In this document: positions 9,501-24,500 of the stretch, one piece after another | Position numbering within the stretch: the first letter of the stretch is position 1 | How the letters are laid out: every line of letters begins with the position of its first letter | DNA from: Lingula anatina | Taxonomy: Eukaryota; Animalia; Brachiopoda | NCBI GenBank assembly: GCA_051362555.1 | Contig: CM120640.1 | Location: 52,182,788 to 52,246,787, forward strand | Direction: 5' to 3' | Length of the DNA: 64,000 nt | Program-made: the position numbers and the translations under genes | The notes under the pieces: generated by a model | Seen by the model: the letters and a program-made list of their open reading frames with translations, nothing else | What the model was told of the DNA's origin: nothing | Databases searched by the model: none

Positions 9501-12500
9501 CTGGGAATACCTGGTGCCGTAGACACGTTTTTGACATTTTATTCGTAGCCGATTTCAGTTTCTTTCACTTACCACTTTTTTTTCTTTAAGTTTTCAATTT
9601 TTTCCAAATCACAGTTGCGCCGTTGTCTTCGTCTATCAGTGCGTCGGGCCACGTCTGGACTAGGATGGAAGACCGCCTGGCCACCTTTACTTGTCCTTTT
9701 TAGCGTGGCATCAAACAGACGTGTCGATTCCGTTTCATTTCCTTTCCGTCGATCAAAAACAGAGGCTAGCGCGGACAGTCATCGTCTACGACCATACCAC
9801 GTTGAAAGCACCGGTTCTCGTCCGATCACCGAAGTTAAGCAACGTCGGGCCAGGTTAGTACTTGGATGGGTGACCGCCTGGGAATACCTGGTGCCGTAGA
9901 CACGTTTTTGACATTTTATTCGTAGCCGATTTCAGTTTCTTTCACTTACCACTTTTTTTTCTTTAAGTTTTCAATTTTTTCCAAATCACAGTTGCGCCGT
10001 TGTCTTCGTCTATCAGTGCGTCGGGCCACGTCTGGACTAGGATGGAAGACCGCCTGGCCACCTTTACTTGTCCTTTTTAGCGTGGCATCAAACAGATGTG
10101 TCGATTCCGTTTCATTTCCTTTCCGTCGATCAAAAACAGAGGCTAGCGCGGACAGTCATCGTCTACGACCATACCACGTTGAAAGCACCGGTTCTCGTCC
10201 GATCACCGAAGTTAAGCAACGTCGGGCCAGGTTAGTACTTGGATGGGTGACCGCCTGGGAATACCTGGTGCCGTAGACACGTTTTTGACATTTTATTCGT
10301 AGCCGATTTCAGTTTCTTTCACTTACCACTTTTTTTTCTTTAAGTTTTCAATTTTTTCCAAATCACAGTTGCGCCGTTGTCTTCGTCTATCAGTGCGTCG
10401 GGCCACGTCTGGACTAGGATGGAAGACCGCCTGGCCACCTTTACTTGTCCTTTTTAGCGTGGCATCAAACAGATGTGTCGATTCCGTTTCATTTCCTTTC
10501 CGTCGATCAAAAACAGTGCTAGCGCGGACAGTCATCGTCTACGACCATACCACGTTGAAAGCACCGGTTCTCGTCCGATCACCGAAGTTAAGCAACGTCG
10601 GGCCAGGTTAGTACTTGGATGGGTGACCGCCTGGGAATACCTGGTGCCGTAGACACGTTTTTGACATTTTATTCGTAGCCGATTTCAGTTTCTTTCACTT
10701 ACCACTTTTTTTTCTTTAAGTTTTCAATTTTTTCCAAATCACAGTTGCGCCGTTGTCTTCGTCTATCAGTGCGTCGGGCCACGTCTGGACTAGGATGGAA
10801 GACCGCCTGGCCACCTTTACTTGTCCTTTTTAGCGTGGCATCAAACAGATGTGTCGATTCCGTTTCATTTCCTTTCCGTCGATCAAAAACAGAGGCTAGC
10901 GCGGACAGTCATCGTCTACGACCATACCACGTTGAAAGCACCGGTTCTCGTCCGATCACCGAAGTTAAGCAACGTCGGGCCAGGTTAGTACTTGGATGGG
11001 TGACCGCCTGGGAATACCTGGTGCCGTAGACACGTTTTTGACATTTTATTCGTAGCCGATTTCAGTTTCTTTCACTTACCACTTTTTTTTCTTTAAGTTT
11101 TCAATTTTTTCCAAATCACAGTTGCGCCGTTGTCTTCGTCTATCAGTGCGTCGGGCCACGTCTGGACTAGGATGGAAGACCGCCTGGCCACCTTTACTTG
11201 TCCTTTTTAGCGTGGCATCAAACAGATGTGTCGATTCCGTTTCATTTCCTTTCCGTCGATCAAAAACAGTGCTAGCGCGGACAGTCATCGTCTACGACCA
11301 TACCACGTTGAAAGCACCGGTTCTCGTCCGATCACCGAAGTTAAGCAACGTCGGGCCAGGTTAGTACTTGGATGGGTGACCGCCTGGGAATACCTGGTGC
11401 CGTAGACACGTTTTTGACATTTTATTCGTAGCCGATTTCAGTTTCTTTCACTTACCACTTTTTTTTCTTTAAGTTTTCAATTTTTTCCAAATCACAGTTG
11501 CGCCGTTGTCTTCGTCTATCAGTGCGTCGGGCCACGTCTGGACTAGGATGGAAGACCGCCTGGCCACCTTTACTTGTCCTTTTTAGCGTGGCATCAAACA
11601 GATGTGTCGATTCCGTTTCATTTCCTTTCCGTCGATCAAAAACAGAGGCTAGCGCGGACAGTCATCGTCTACGACCATACCACGTTGAAAGCACCGGTTC
11701 TCGTCCGATCACCGAAGTTAAGCAACGTCGGGCCAGGTTAGTACTTGGATGGGTGACCGCCTGGGAATACCTGGTGCCGTAGACACGTTTTTGACATTTT
11801 ATTCGTAGCCGATTTCAGTTTCTTTCACTTACCACTTTTTTTTCTTTAAGTTTTCAATTTTTTCCAAATCACAGTTGCGCCGTTGTCTTCGTCTATCAGT
11901 GCGTCGGGCCACGTCTGGACTAGGATGGAAGACCGCCTGGCCACCTTTACTTGTCCTTTTTAGCGTGGCATCAAACAGATGTGTCGATTCCGTTTCATTT
12001 CCTTTCCGTCGATCAAAAACAGTGCTAGCGCGGACAGTCATCGTCTACGACCATACCACGTTGAAAGCACCGGTTCTCGTCCGATCACCGAAGTTAAGCA
12101 ACGTCGGGCCAAGTTAGTACTTGGATGGGTGACCGCCTGGGAATACCTGGTGCCGTAGACACGTTTTTGACATTTTATTCGTAGCCGATTTCAGTTTCTT
12201 TCACTTACCACTTTTTTTCTTTAAGTTTTCAATTTTTTCCAAATCACAGTTGCGCCGTTGTCTTCGTCTATCAGTGCGTCGGGCCACGTCTGGAGTAGGA
12301 TGGAAGACCGCCTGGCCACCTTTACTTGTCCTTTTTAGCGTGGCATCAAACAGATGTGTCGATTCCGTTTCATTTCCTTTCCGTCGATCAAAAACAGAGG
12401 CTAGCGCGGACAGTCATCGTCTACGACCATACCACGTTGAAAGCACCGGTTCTCGTCCGATCACCGAAGTTAAGCAACGTCGGGCCAGGTTAGTACTTGG

Positions 12501-15500
12501 ATGGGTGACCGCCTGGGAATACCTGGTGCCGTAGACACGTTTTTGACATTTTATTCGTAGCCGATTTCAGTTTCTTTCACTTACCACTTTTTTTTCTTTA
12601 AGTTTTCAATGTTTTCCAAATCACAGTTGCGCCGTTGTCTTCGTCTATCAGTGCGTCGGGCCACGTCTGGACTAGGATGGAAGACCGCCTGGCCACCTTT
12701 ACTTGTCCTTTTTAGCGTGGCATCAAACAGATGTGTCGATTCCGTTTCATTTCCTTTCCGTCGATCAAAAACAGTGCTAGCGCGGACAGTCATCGTCTAC
12801 GACCATACCACGTTGAAAGCACCGGTTCTCGTCCGATCACCGAAGTTAAGCAACGTCGGGCCAGGTTAGTACTTGGATGGGTGACCGCCTGGGAATACCT
12901 GGTGCCGTAGACACGTTTTTGACATTTTATTCGTAGCCGATTTCAGTTTCTTTCACTTACCACTTTTTTTTCTTTAAGTTTTCAATTTTTTCCAAATCAC
13001 AGTTGCGCCGTTGTCTTCGTCTATCAGTGCGTCGGGCCACGTCTGGACTAGGATGGAAGACCGCCTGGCCACCTTTACTTGTCCTTTTTAGCGTGGCATC
13101 AAACAGATGTGTCGATTCCGTTTCATTTCCTTTCCGTCGATCAAAAACAGAGGCTAGCGCGGACAGTCATCGTCTACGACCATACCACGTTGAAAGCACC
13201 GGTTCTCGTCCGATCACCGAAGTTAAGCAACGTCGGGCCAGGTTAGTACTTGGATGGGTGACCGCCTGGGAATACCTGGTGCCGTAGACACGTTTTTGAC
13301 ATTTTATTCGTAGCCGATTTCAGTTTCTTTCACTTACCACTTTTTTTTCTTTAAGTTTTCAATTTTTTCCAAATCACAGTTGCGCCGTTGTCTTCGTCTA
13401 TCAGTGCGTCGGGCCACGTCTGGACTAGGATGGAAGACCGCCTGGCCACCTTTACTTGTCCTTTTTAGCGTGGCATCAAACAGATGTGTCGATTCCGTTT
13501 CATTTCCTTTCCGTCGATCAAAAACAGAGGCTAGCGCGGACAGTCATCGTCTACGACCATACCACGTTGAAAGCACCGGTTCTCGTCCGATCACCGAAGT
13601 TAAGCAACGTCGGGCCAGGTTAGTACTTGGATGGGTGACCGCCTGGGAATACCTGGTGCCGTAGACACGTTTTTGACATTTTATTCGTAGCCGATTTCAG
13701 TTTCTTTCACTTACCACTTTTTTTTCTTTAAGTTTTCAATTTTTTCCAAATCACAGTTGCGCCGTTGTCTTCGTCTATCAGTGCGTCGGGCCACGTCTGG
13801 ACTAGGATGGAAGACCGCCTGGCCACCTTTACTTGTCCTTTTTAGCGTGGCATCAAACAGATGTGTCGATTCCGTTTCATTTCCTTTCCGTCGATCAAAA
13901 ACAGTGCTAGCGCGGACAGTCATCGTCTACGACCATACCACGTTGAAAGCACCGGTTCTCGTCCGATCACCGAAGTTAAGCAACGTCGGGCCAGGTTAGT
14001 ACTTGGATGGGTGACCGCCTGGGAATACCTGGTGCCGTAGACACGTTTTTGACATTTTATTCGTAGCCGATTTCAGTTTCTTTCACTTACCACTTTTTTT
14101 TCTTTAAGTTTTCAATTTTTTCCAAATCACAGTTGCGCCGTTGTCTTCGTCTATCAGTGCGTCGGGCCACGTCTGGACTAGGATGGAAGACCGCCTGGCC
14201 ACCTTTACTTGTCCTTTTTAGCGTGGCATCAAACAGATGTGTCGATTCCGTTTCATTTCCTTTCCGTCGATCAAAAACAGAGGCTAGCGCGGACAGTCAT
14301 CGTCTACGACCATACCACGTTGAAAGCACCGGTTCTCGTCCGATCACCGAAGTTAAGCAACGTCGGGCCAGGTTAGTACTTGGATGGGTGACCGCCTGGG
14401 AATACCTGGTGCCGTAGACACGTTTTTGACATTTTATTCGTAGCCGATTTCAGTTTCTTTCACTTACCACTTTTTTTTCTTTAAGTTTTCAATTTTTTCC
14501 AAATCACAGTTGCGCCGTTGTCTTCGTCTATCAGTGCGTCGGGCCACGTCTGGACTAGGATGGAAGACCGCCTGGCCACCTTTACTTGTCCTTTTTAGCG
14601 TGGCATCAAACAGATGTGTCGATTCCGTTTCATTTCCTTTCCGTCGATCAAAAACAGTGCTAGCGCGGACAGTCATCGTCTACGACCATACCACGTTGAA
14701 AGCACCGGTTCTCGTCCGATCACCGAAGTTAAGCAACGTCGGGCCAGGTTAGTACTTGGATGGGTGACCGCCTGGGAATACCTGGTGCCGTAGACACGTT
14801 TTTGACATTTTATTCGTAGCCGATTTCAGTTTCTTTCACTTACCACTTTTTTTTTTCTTTAAGTTTTCAATTTTTTCCAAATCACAGTTGCGCCGTTGTC
14901 TTCGTCTATCAGTGCGTCGGGCCACGTCTGGACTAGGATGGAAGACCGCCTGGCCACCTTTACTTGTCCTTTTTAGCGTGGCATCAAACAGATGTGTCGA
15001 TTCCGTTTCATTTCCTTTCCGTCGATCAAAAACAGTGCTAGCGCGGACAGTCATCGTCTACGACCATACCACGTTGAAAGCACCGGTTCTCGTCCGATCA
15101 CCGAAGTTAAGCAACGTCGGGCCAGGTTAGTACTTGGATGGGTGACCGCCTGGGAATACCTGGTGCCGTAGACACGTTTTTGACATTTTATTCGTAGCCG
15201 ATTTCAGTTTCTTTCACTTACCACTTTTTTTTTCTTTAAGTTTTCAATTTTTTCCAAATCACAGTTGCGCCGTTGTCTTCGTCTATCAGTGCGTCGGGCC
15301 ACGTCTGGACTAGGATGGAAGACCGCCTGGCCACCTTTACTTGTCCTTTTTAGCGTGGCATCAAACAGATGTGTCGATTCCGTTTCATTTCCTTTCCGTC
15401 GATCAAAAACAGTGCTAGCGCGGACAGTCATCGTCTACGACCATACCACGTTGAAAGCACCGGTTCTCGTCCGATCACCGAAGTTAAGCAACGTCGGGCC

Positions 15501-18500
15501 AGGTTAGTACTTGGATGGGTGACCGCCTGGGAATACCTGGTGCCGTAGACACGTTTTTGACATTTTATTCGTAGCCGATTTCAGTTTCTTTCACATACCA
15601 CTTTTTTTTTCTTTAAGTTTTCAATTTTTTCCAAATCACAGTTGCGCCGTTGTCTTCGTCTATCAGTGCGTCGGGCCACGTCTGGACTAGGATGGAAGAC
15701 CGCCTGGCCACCTTTACTTGTCCTTTTTAGCGTGGCATCAAACAGATGTGTCGATTCCGTTTCATTTCCTTTCCGTCGATCAAAAACAGTGCTAGCGCGG
15801 ACAGTCATCGTCTACGACCATACCACGTTGAAAGCACCGGTTCTCGTCCGATCACCGAAGTTAAGCAACGTCGGGCCAGGTTAGTACTTGGATGGGTGAC
15901 CGCCTGGGAATACCTGGTGCCGTAGACACGTTTTTGACATTTTATTCGTAGCCGATTTCAGTTTCTTTCACTTACCACTTTTTTTTCTTTAAGTTTTCAA
16001 TTTTTTCCAAATCACAGTTGCGCCGTTGTCTTCGTCTATCAGTGCGTCGGGCCACGTCTGGACTAGGATGGAAGACCGCCTGGCCACCTTTACTTGTCCT
16101 TTTTAGCGTGGCATCAAACAGATGTGTCGATTCCGTTTCATTTCCTTTCCGTCGATCAAAAACAGAGGCTAGCGCGGACAGTCATCGTCTACGACCATAC
16201 CACGTTGAAAGCACCGGTTCTCGTCCGATCACCGAAGTTAAGCAACGTCGGGCCAGGTTAGTACTTGGATGGGTGACCGCCTGGGAATACCTGGTGCCGT
16301 AGACACGTTTTTGACATTTTATTCGTAGCCGATTTCAGTTTCTTTCACTTACCACTTTTTTTTCTTTAAGTTTTCAATTTTTTCCAAATCACAGTTGCGC
16401 CGTTGTCTTCGTCTATCAGTGCGTCGGGCCACGTCTGGACTAGGATGGAAGACCGCCTGGCCACCTTTACTTGTCCTTTTTAGCGTGGCATCAAACAGAT
16501 GTGTCGATTCCGTTTCATTTCCTTTCCGTCGATCAAAAACAGTGCTAGCGCGGACAGTCATCGTCTACGACCATACCACGTTGAAAGCACCGGTTCTCGT
16601 CCGATCACCGAAGTTAAGCAACGTCGGGCCAGGTTAGTACTTGGATGGGTGACCGCCTGGGAATACCTGGTGCCGTAGACACGTTTTTGACATTTTATTC
16701 GTAGCCGATTTCAGTTTCTTTCACTTACCACTTTTTTTTTCTTTAAGTTTTCAATTTTTTCCAAATAACAGTTGCGCCGTTGTCTTCGTCTATCAGTGCG
16801 TCGGGCCACGTCTGGACTAGGATGGAAGACCGCCTGGCCACCTTTACTTGTCCTTTTTAGCGTGGCATCAAACAGATGTGTCGATTCCGTTTCATTTCCT
16901 TTCCGTCGATCAAAAACAGTGCTAGCGCGGACAGTCATCGTCTACGACCATACCACGTTGAAAGCACCGGTTCTCGTCCGATCACCGAAGTTAAGCAACG
17001 TCGGGCCAGGTTAGTACTTGGATGGGTGACCGCCTGGGAATACCTGGTGCCGTAGACACGTTTTTGACATTTTATTCGTAGCCGATTTCAGTTTCTTTCA
17101 CATACCACTTTTTTTTTCTTTAAGTTTTCAATTTTTTCCAAATCACAGTTGCGCCGTTGTCTTCGTCTATCAGTGCGTCGGGCCACGTCTGGACTAGGAT
17201 GGAAGACCGCCTGGCCACCTTTACTTGTCCTTTTTAGCGTGGCATCAAACAGATGTGTCGATTCCGTTTCATTTCCTTTCCGTCGATCAAAAACAGTGCT
17301 AGCGCGGACAGTCATCGTCTACGACCATACCACGTTGAAAGCACCGGTTCTCGTCCGATCACCGAAGTTAAGCAACGTCGGGCCAGGTTAGTACTTGGAT
17401 GGGTGACCGCCTGGGAATACCTGGTGCCGTAGACACGTTTTTGACATTTTATTCGTAGCCGATTTCAGTTTCTTTCACTTACCACTTTTTTTTCTTTAAG
17501 TTTTCAATTTTTTCCAAATCACAGTTGCGCCGTTGTCTTCGTCTATCAGTGCGTCGGGCCACGTCTGGACTAGGATGGAAGACCGCCTGGCCACCTTTAC
17601 TTGTCCTTTTTAGCGTGGCATCAAACAGATGTGTCGATTCCGTTTCATTTCCTTTCCGTCGATCAAAAACAGAGGCTAGCGCGGACAGTCATCGTCTACG
17701 ACCATACCACGTTGAAAGCACCGGTTCTCGTCCGATCACCGAAGTTAAGCAACGTCGGGCCAGGTTAGTACTTGGATGGGTGACCGCCTGGGAATACCTG
17801 GTGCCGTAGACACGTTTTTGACATTTTATTCGTAGCCGATTTCAGTTTCTTTCACTTACCACTTTTTTTTCTTTAAGTTTTCAATTTTTTCCAAATCACA
17901 GTTGCGCCGTTGTCTTCGTCTATCAGTGCGTCGGGCCACGTCTGGACTAGGATGGAAGACCGCCTGGCCACCTTTACTTGTCCTTTTTAGCGTGGCATCA
18001 AACAGATGTGTCGATTCCGTTTCATTTCCTTTCCGTCGATCAAAAACAGTGCTAGCGCGGACAGTCATCGTCTACGACCATACCACGTTGAAAGCACCGG
18101 TTCTCGTCCGATCACCGAAGTTAAGCAACGTCGGGCCAGGTTAGTACTTGGATGGGTGACCGCCTGGGAATACCTGGTGCCGTAGACACGTTTTTGACAT
18201 TTTATTCGTAGCCGATTTCAGTTTCTTTCACTTACCACTTTTTTTTTCTTTAAGTTTTCAATTTTTTCCAAATCACAGTTGCGCCGTTGTCTTCGTCTAT
18301 CAGTGCGTCGGGCCACGTCTGGACTAGGATGGAAGACCGCCTGGCCACCTTTACTTGTCCTTTTTAGCGTGGCATCAAACAGATGTGTCGATTCCGTTTC
18401 ATTTCCTTTCCGTCGATCAAAAACAGTGCTAGCGCGGACAGTCATCGTCTACGACCATACCACGTTGAAAGCACCGGTTCTCGTCCGATCACCGAAGTTA

Positions 18501-21500
18501 AGCAACGTCGGGCCAGGTTAGTACTTGGATGGGTGACCGCCTGGGAATACCTGGTGCCGTAGACACGTTTTTGACATTTTATTCGTAGCCGATTTCAGTT
18601 TCTTTCACTTACCACTTTTTTTTTCTTTAAGTTTTCAATTTTTTCCAAATCACAGTTGCGCCGTTGTCTTCGTCTATCAGTGCGTCGGGCCACGTCTGGA
18701 CTAGGATGGAAGACCGCCTGGCCACCTTTACTTGTCCTTTTTAGCGTGGCATCAAACAGATGTGTCGATTCCGTTTCATTTCCTTTCCGTCGATCAAAAA
18801 CAGTGCTAGCGCGGACAGTCATCGTCTACGACCATACCACGTTGAAAGCACCGGTTCTCGTCCGATCACCGAAGTTAAGCAACGTCGGGCCAGGTTAGTA
18901 CTTGGATGGGTGACCGCCTGGGAATACCTGGTGCCGTAGACACGTTTTTGACATTTTATTCGTAGCCGATTTCAGTTTCTTTCACTTACCACTTTTTTTT
19001 TCTTTAAGTTTTCAATTTTTTCCAAATCACAGTTGCGCCGTTGTCTTCGTCTATCAGTGCGTCGGGCCACGTCTGGACTAGGATGGAAGACCGCCTGGCC
19101 ACCTTTACTTGTCCTTTTTAGCGTGGCATCAAACAGATGTGTCGATTCCGTTTCATTTCCTTTCCGTCGATCAAAAACAGTGCTAGCGCGGACAGTCATC
19201 GTCTACGACCATACCACGTTGAAAGCACCGGTTCTCGTCCGATCACCGAAGTTAAGCAACGTCGGGCCAGGTTAGTACTTGGATGGGTGACCGCCTGGGA
19301 ATACCTGGTGCCGTAGACACGTTTTTGACATTTTATTCGTAGCCGATTTCAGTTTCTTTCACTTACCACTTTTTTTTCTTTAAGTTTTCAATTTTTTCCA
19401 AATCACAGTTGCGCCGTTGTCTTCGTCTATCAGTGCGTCGGGCCACGTCTGGACTAGGATGGAAGACCGCCTGGCCACCTTTACTTGTCCTTTTTAGCGT
19501 GGCATCAAACAGATGTGTCGATTCCGTTTCATTTCCTTTCCGTCGATCAAAAACAGTGCTAGCGCGGACAGTCATCGTCTACGACCATACCACGTTGAAA
19601 GCACCGGTTCTCGTCCGATCACCGAAGTTAAGCAACGTCGGGCCAGGTTAGTACTTGGATGGGTGACCGCCTGGGAATACCTGGTGCCGTAGACACGTTT
19701 TTGACATTTTATTCGTAGCCGATTTCAGTTTCTTTCACTTACCACTTTTTTTTTCTTTAAGTTTTCAATTTTTTCCAAATCACAGTTGCGCCGTTGTCTT
19801 CGTCTATCAGTGCGTCGGGCCACGTCTGGACTAGGATGGAAGACCGCCTGGCCACCTTTACTTGTCCTTTTTAGCGTGGCATCAAACAGATGTGTCGATT
19901 CCGTTTCATTTCCTTTCCGTCGATCAAAAACAGTGCTAGCGCGGACAGTCATCGTCTACGACCATACCACGTTGAAAGCACCGGTTCTCGTCCGATCACC
20001 GAAGTTAAGCAACGTCGGGCCAGGTTAGTACTTGGATGGGTGACCGCCTGGGAATACCTGGTGCCGTAGACACGTTTTTGACATTTTATTCGTAGCCGAT
20101 TTCAGTTTCTTTCACTTACCACTTTTTTTTTCTTTAAGTTTTCAATTTTTTCCAAATCACAGTTGCGCCGTTGTCTTCGTCTATCAGTGCGTCGGGCCAC
20201 GTCTGGACTAGGATGGAAGACCGCCTGGCCACCTTTACTTGTCCTTTTTAGCGTGGCATCAAACAGATGTGTCGATTCCGTTTCATTTCCTTTCCGTCGA
20301 TCAAAAACAGTGCTAGCGCGGACAGTCATCGTCTACGACCATACCACGTTGAAAGCACCGGTTCTCGTCCGATCACCGAAGTTAAGCAACGTCGGGCCAG
20401 GTTAGTACTTGGATGGGTGACCGCCTGGGAATACCTGGTGCCGTAGACACGTTTTTGACATTTTATTCGTAGCCGATTTCAGTTTCTTTCACTTACCACT
20501 TTTTTTTTCTTTAAGTTTTCAATTTTTTCCAAATCACAGTTGCGCCGTTGTCTTCGTCTATCAGTGCGTCGGGCCACGTCTGGACTAGGATGGAAGACCG
20601 CCTGGCCACCTTTACTTGTCCTTTTTAGCGTGGCATCAAACAGATGTGTCGATTCCGTTTCATTTCCTTTCCGTCGATCAAAAACAGTGCTAGCGCGGAC
20701 AGTCATCGTCTACGACCATACCACGTTGAAAGCACCGGTTCTCGTCCGATCACCGAAGTTAAGCAACGTCGGGCCAGGTTAGTACTTGGATGGGTGACCG
20801 CCTGGGAATACCTGGTGCCGTAGACACGTTTTTGACATTTTATTCGTAGCCGATTTCAGTTTCTTTCACTTACCACTTTTTTTTTCTTTAAGTTTTCAAT
20901 TTTTTCCAAATCACAGTTGCGCCGTTGTCTTCGTCTATCAGTGCGTCGGGCCACGTCTGGACTAGGATGGAAGACCGCCTGGCCACCTTTACTTGTCCTT
21001 TTTAGCGTGGCATCAAACAGATGTGTCGATTCCGTTTCATTTCCTTTCCGTCGATCAAAAACAGTGCTAGCGCGGACAGTCATCGTCTACGACCATACCA
21101 CGTTGAAAGCACCGGTTCTCGTCCGATCACCGAAGTTAAGCAACGTCGGGCCAGGTTAGTACTTGGATGGGTGACCGCCTGGGAATACCTGGTGCCGTAG
21201 ACACGTTTTTGACATTTTATTCGTAGCCGATTTCAGTTTCTTTCACTTACCACTTTTTTTTTCTTTAAGTTTTCAATTTTTTCCAAATCACAGTTGCGCC
21301 GTTGTCTTCGTCTATCAGTGCGTCGGGCCACGTCTGGACTAGGATGGAAGACCGCCTGGCCACCTTTACTTGTCCTTTTTAGCGTGGCATCAAACAGATG
21401 TGTCGATTCCGTTTCATTTCCTTTCCGTCGATCAAAAACAGTGCTAGCGCGGACAGTCATCGTCTACGACCATACCACGTTGAAAGCACCGGTTCTCGTC

Positions 21501-24500
21501 CGATCACCGAAGTTAAGCAACGTCGGGCCAGGTTAGTACTTGGATGGGTGACCGCCTGGGAATACCTGGTGCCGTAGACACGTTTTTGACATTTTATTCG
21601 TAGCCGATTTCAGTTTCTTTCACTTACCACTTTTTTTTTCTTTAAGTTTTCAATTTTTTCCAAATCACAGTTGCGCCGTTGTCTTCGTCTATCAGTGCGT
21701 CGGGCCACGTCTGGACTAGGATGGAAGACCGCCTGGCCACCTTTACTTGTCCTTTTTAGCGTGGCATCAAACAGATGTGTCGATTCCGTTTCATTTCCTT
21801 TCCGTCGATCAAAAACAGTGCTAGCGCGGACAGTCATCGTCTACGACCATACCACGTTGAAAGCACCGGTTCTCGTCCGATCACCGAAGTTAAGCAACGT
21901 CGGGCCAGGTTAGTACTTGGATGGGTGACCGCCTGGGAATACCTGGTGCCGTAGACACGTTTTTGACATTTTATTCGTAGCCGATTTCAGTTTCTTTCAC
22001 TTACCACTTTTTTTTTCTTTAAGTTTTCAATTTTTTCCAAATCACAGTTGCGCCGTTGTCTTCGTCTATCAGTGCGTCGGGCCACGTCTGGACTAGGATG
22101 GAAGACCGCCTGGCCACCTTTACTTGTCCTTTTTAGCGTGGCATCAAACAGATGTGTCGATTCCGTTTCATTTCCTTTCCGTCGATCAAAAACAGTGCTA
22201 GCGCGGACAGTCATCGTCTACGACCATACCACGTTGAAAGCACCGGTTCTCGTCCGATCACCGAAGTTAAGCAACGTCGGGCCAGGTTAGTACTTGGATG
22301 GGTGACCGCCTGGGAATACCTGGTGCCGTAGACACGTTTTTGACATTTTATTCGTAGCCGATTTCAGTTTCTTTCACTTACCACTTTTTTTTCTTTAAGT
22401 TTTCAATTTTTTCCAAATCACAGTTGCGCCGTTGTCTTCGTCTATCAGTGCGTCGGGCCACGTCTGGACTAGGATGGAAGACCGCCTGGCCACCTTTACT
22501 TGTCCTTTTTAGCGTGGCATCAAACAGATGTGTCGATTCCGTTTCATTTCCTTTCCGTCGATCAAAAACAGTGCTAGCGCGGACAGTCATCGTCTACGAC
22601 CATACCACGTTGAAAGCACCGGTTCTCGTCCGATCACCGAAGTTAAGCAACGTCGGGCCAGGTTAGTACTTGGATGGGTGACCGCCTGGGAATACCTGGT
22701 GCCGTAGACACGTTTTTGACATTTTATTCGTAGCCGATTTCAGTTTCTTTCACTTACCACTTTTTTTTCTTTAAGTTTTCAATTTTTTCCAAATCACAGT
22801 TGCGCCGTTGTCTTCGTCTATCAGTGCGTCGGGCCACGTCTGGACTAGGATGGAAGACCGCCTGGCCACCTTTACTTGTCCTTTTTAGCGTGGCATCAAA
22901 CAGATGTGTCGATTCCGTTTCATTTCCTTTCCGTCGATCAAAAACAGTGCTAGCGCGGACAGTCATCGTCTACGACCATACCACGTTGAAAGCACCGGTT
23001 CTCGTCCGATCACCGAAGTTAAGCAACGTCGGGCCAGGTTAGTACTTGGATGGGTGACCGCCTGGGAATACCTGGTGCCGTAGACACGTTTTTGACATTT
23101 TATTCGTAGCCGATTTCAGTTTCTTTCACTTACCACTTTTTTTTCTTTAAGTTTTCAATTTTTTCCAAATCACAGTTGCGCCGTTGTCTTCGTCTATCAG
23201 TGCGTCGGGCCACGTCTGGACTAGGATGGAAGACCGCCTGGCCACCTTTACTTGTCCTTTTTAGCGTGGCATCAAACAGATGTGTCGATTCCGTTTCATT
23301 TCCTTTCCGTCGATCAAAAACAGTGCTAGCGCGGACAGTCATCGTCTACGACCATACCACGTTGAAAGCACCGGTTCTCGTCCGATCACCGAAGTTAAGC
23401 AACGTCGGGCCAGGTTAGTACTTGGATGGGTGACCGCCTGGGAATACCTGGTGCCGTAGACACGTTTTTGACATTTTATTCGTAGCCGATTTCAGTTTCT
23501 TTCACTTACCACTTTTTTTTCTTTAAGTTTTCAATTTTTTCCAAATCACAGTTGCGCCGTTGTCTTCGTCTATCAGTGCGTCGGGCCACGTCTGGACTAG
23601 GATGGAAGACCGCCTGGCCACCTTTACTTGTCCTTTTTAGCGTGGCATCAAACAGATGTGTCGATTCCGTTTCATTTCCTTTCCGTCGATCAAAAACAGT
23701 GCTAGCGCGGACAGTCATCGTCTACGACCATACCACGTTGAAAGCACCGGTTCTCGTCCGATCACCGAAGTTAAGCAACGTCGGGCCAGGTTAGTACTTG
23801 GATGGGTGACCGCCTGGGAATACCTGGTGCCGTAGACACGTTTTTGACATTTTATTCGTAGCCGATTTCAGTTTCTTTCACTTACCACTTTTTTTTCTTT
23901 AAGTTTTCAATTTTTTCCAAATCACAGTTGCGCCGTTGTCTTCGTCTATCAGTGCGTCGGGCCACGTCTGGACTAGGATGGAAGACCGCCTGGCCACCTT
24001 TACTTTTCCTTTTTAGCGTGGCATCAAACAGATGTGTCGATTCCGTTTCATTTCCTTTCCGTCGATCAAAAACAGTGCTAGCGCGGACAGTCATCGTCTA
24101 CGACCATACCACGTTGAAAGCACCGGTTCTCGTCCGATCACCGAAGTTAAGCAACGTCGGGCCAGGTTAGTACTTGGATGGGTGACCGCCTGGGAATACC
24201 TGGTGCCGTAGACACGTTTTTGACATTTTATTCGTAGCCGATTTCAGTTTCTTTCACTTACCACTTTTTTTTCTTTAAGTTTTCAATTTTTTCCAAATCA
24301 CAGTTGCGCCGTTGTCTTCGTCTATCAGTGCGTCGGGCCACGTCTGGACTAGGATGGAAGACCGCCTGGCCACCTTTACTTGTCCTTTTTAGCGTGGCAT
24401 CAAACAGATGTGTCGATTCCGTTTCATTTCCTTTCCGTCGATCAAAAACAGAGGCTAGCGCGGACAGTCATCGTCTACGACCATACCACGTTGAAAGCAC

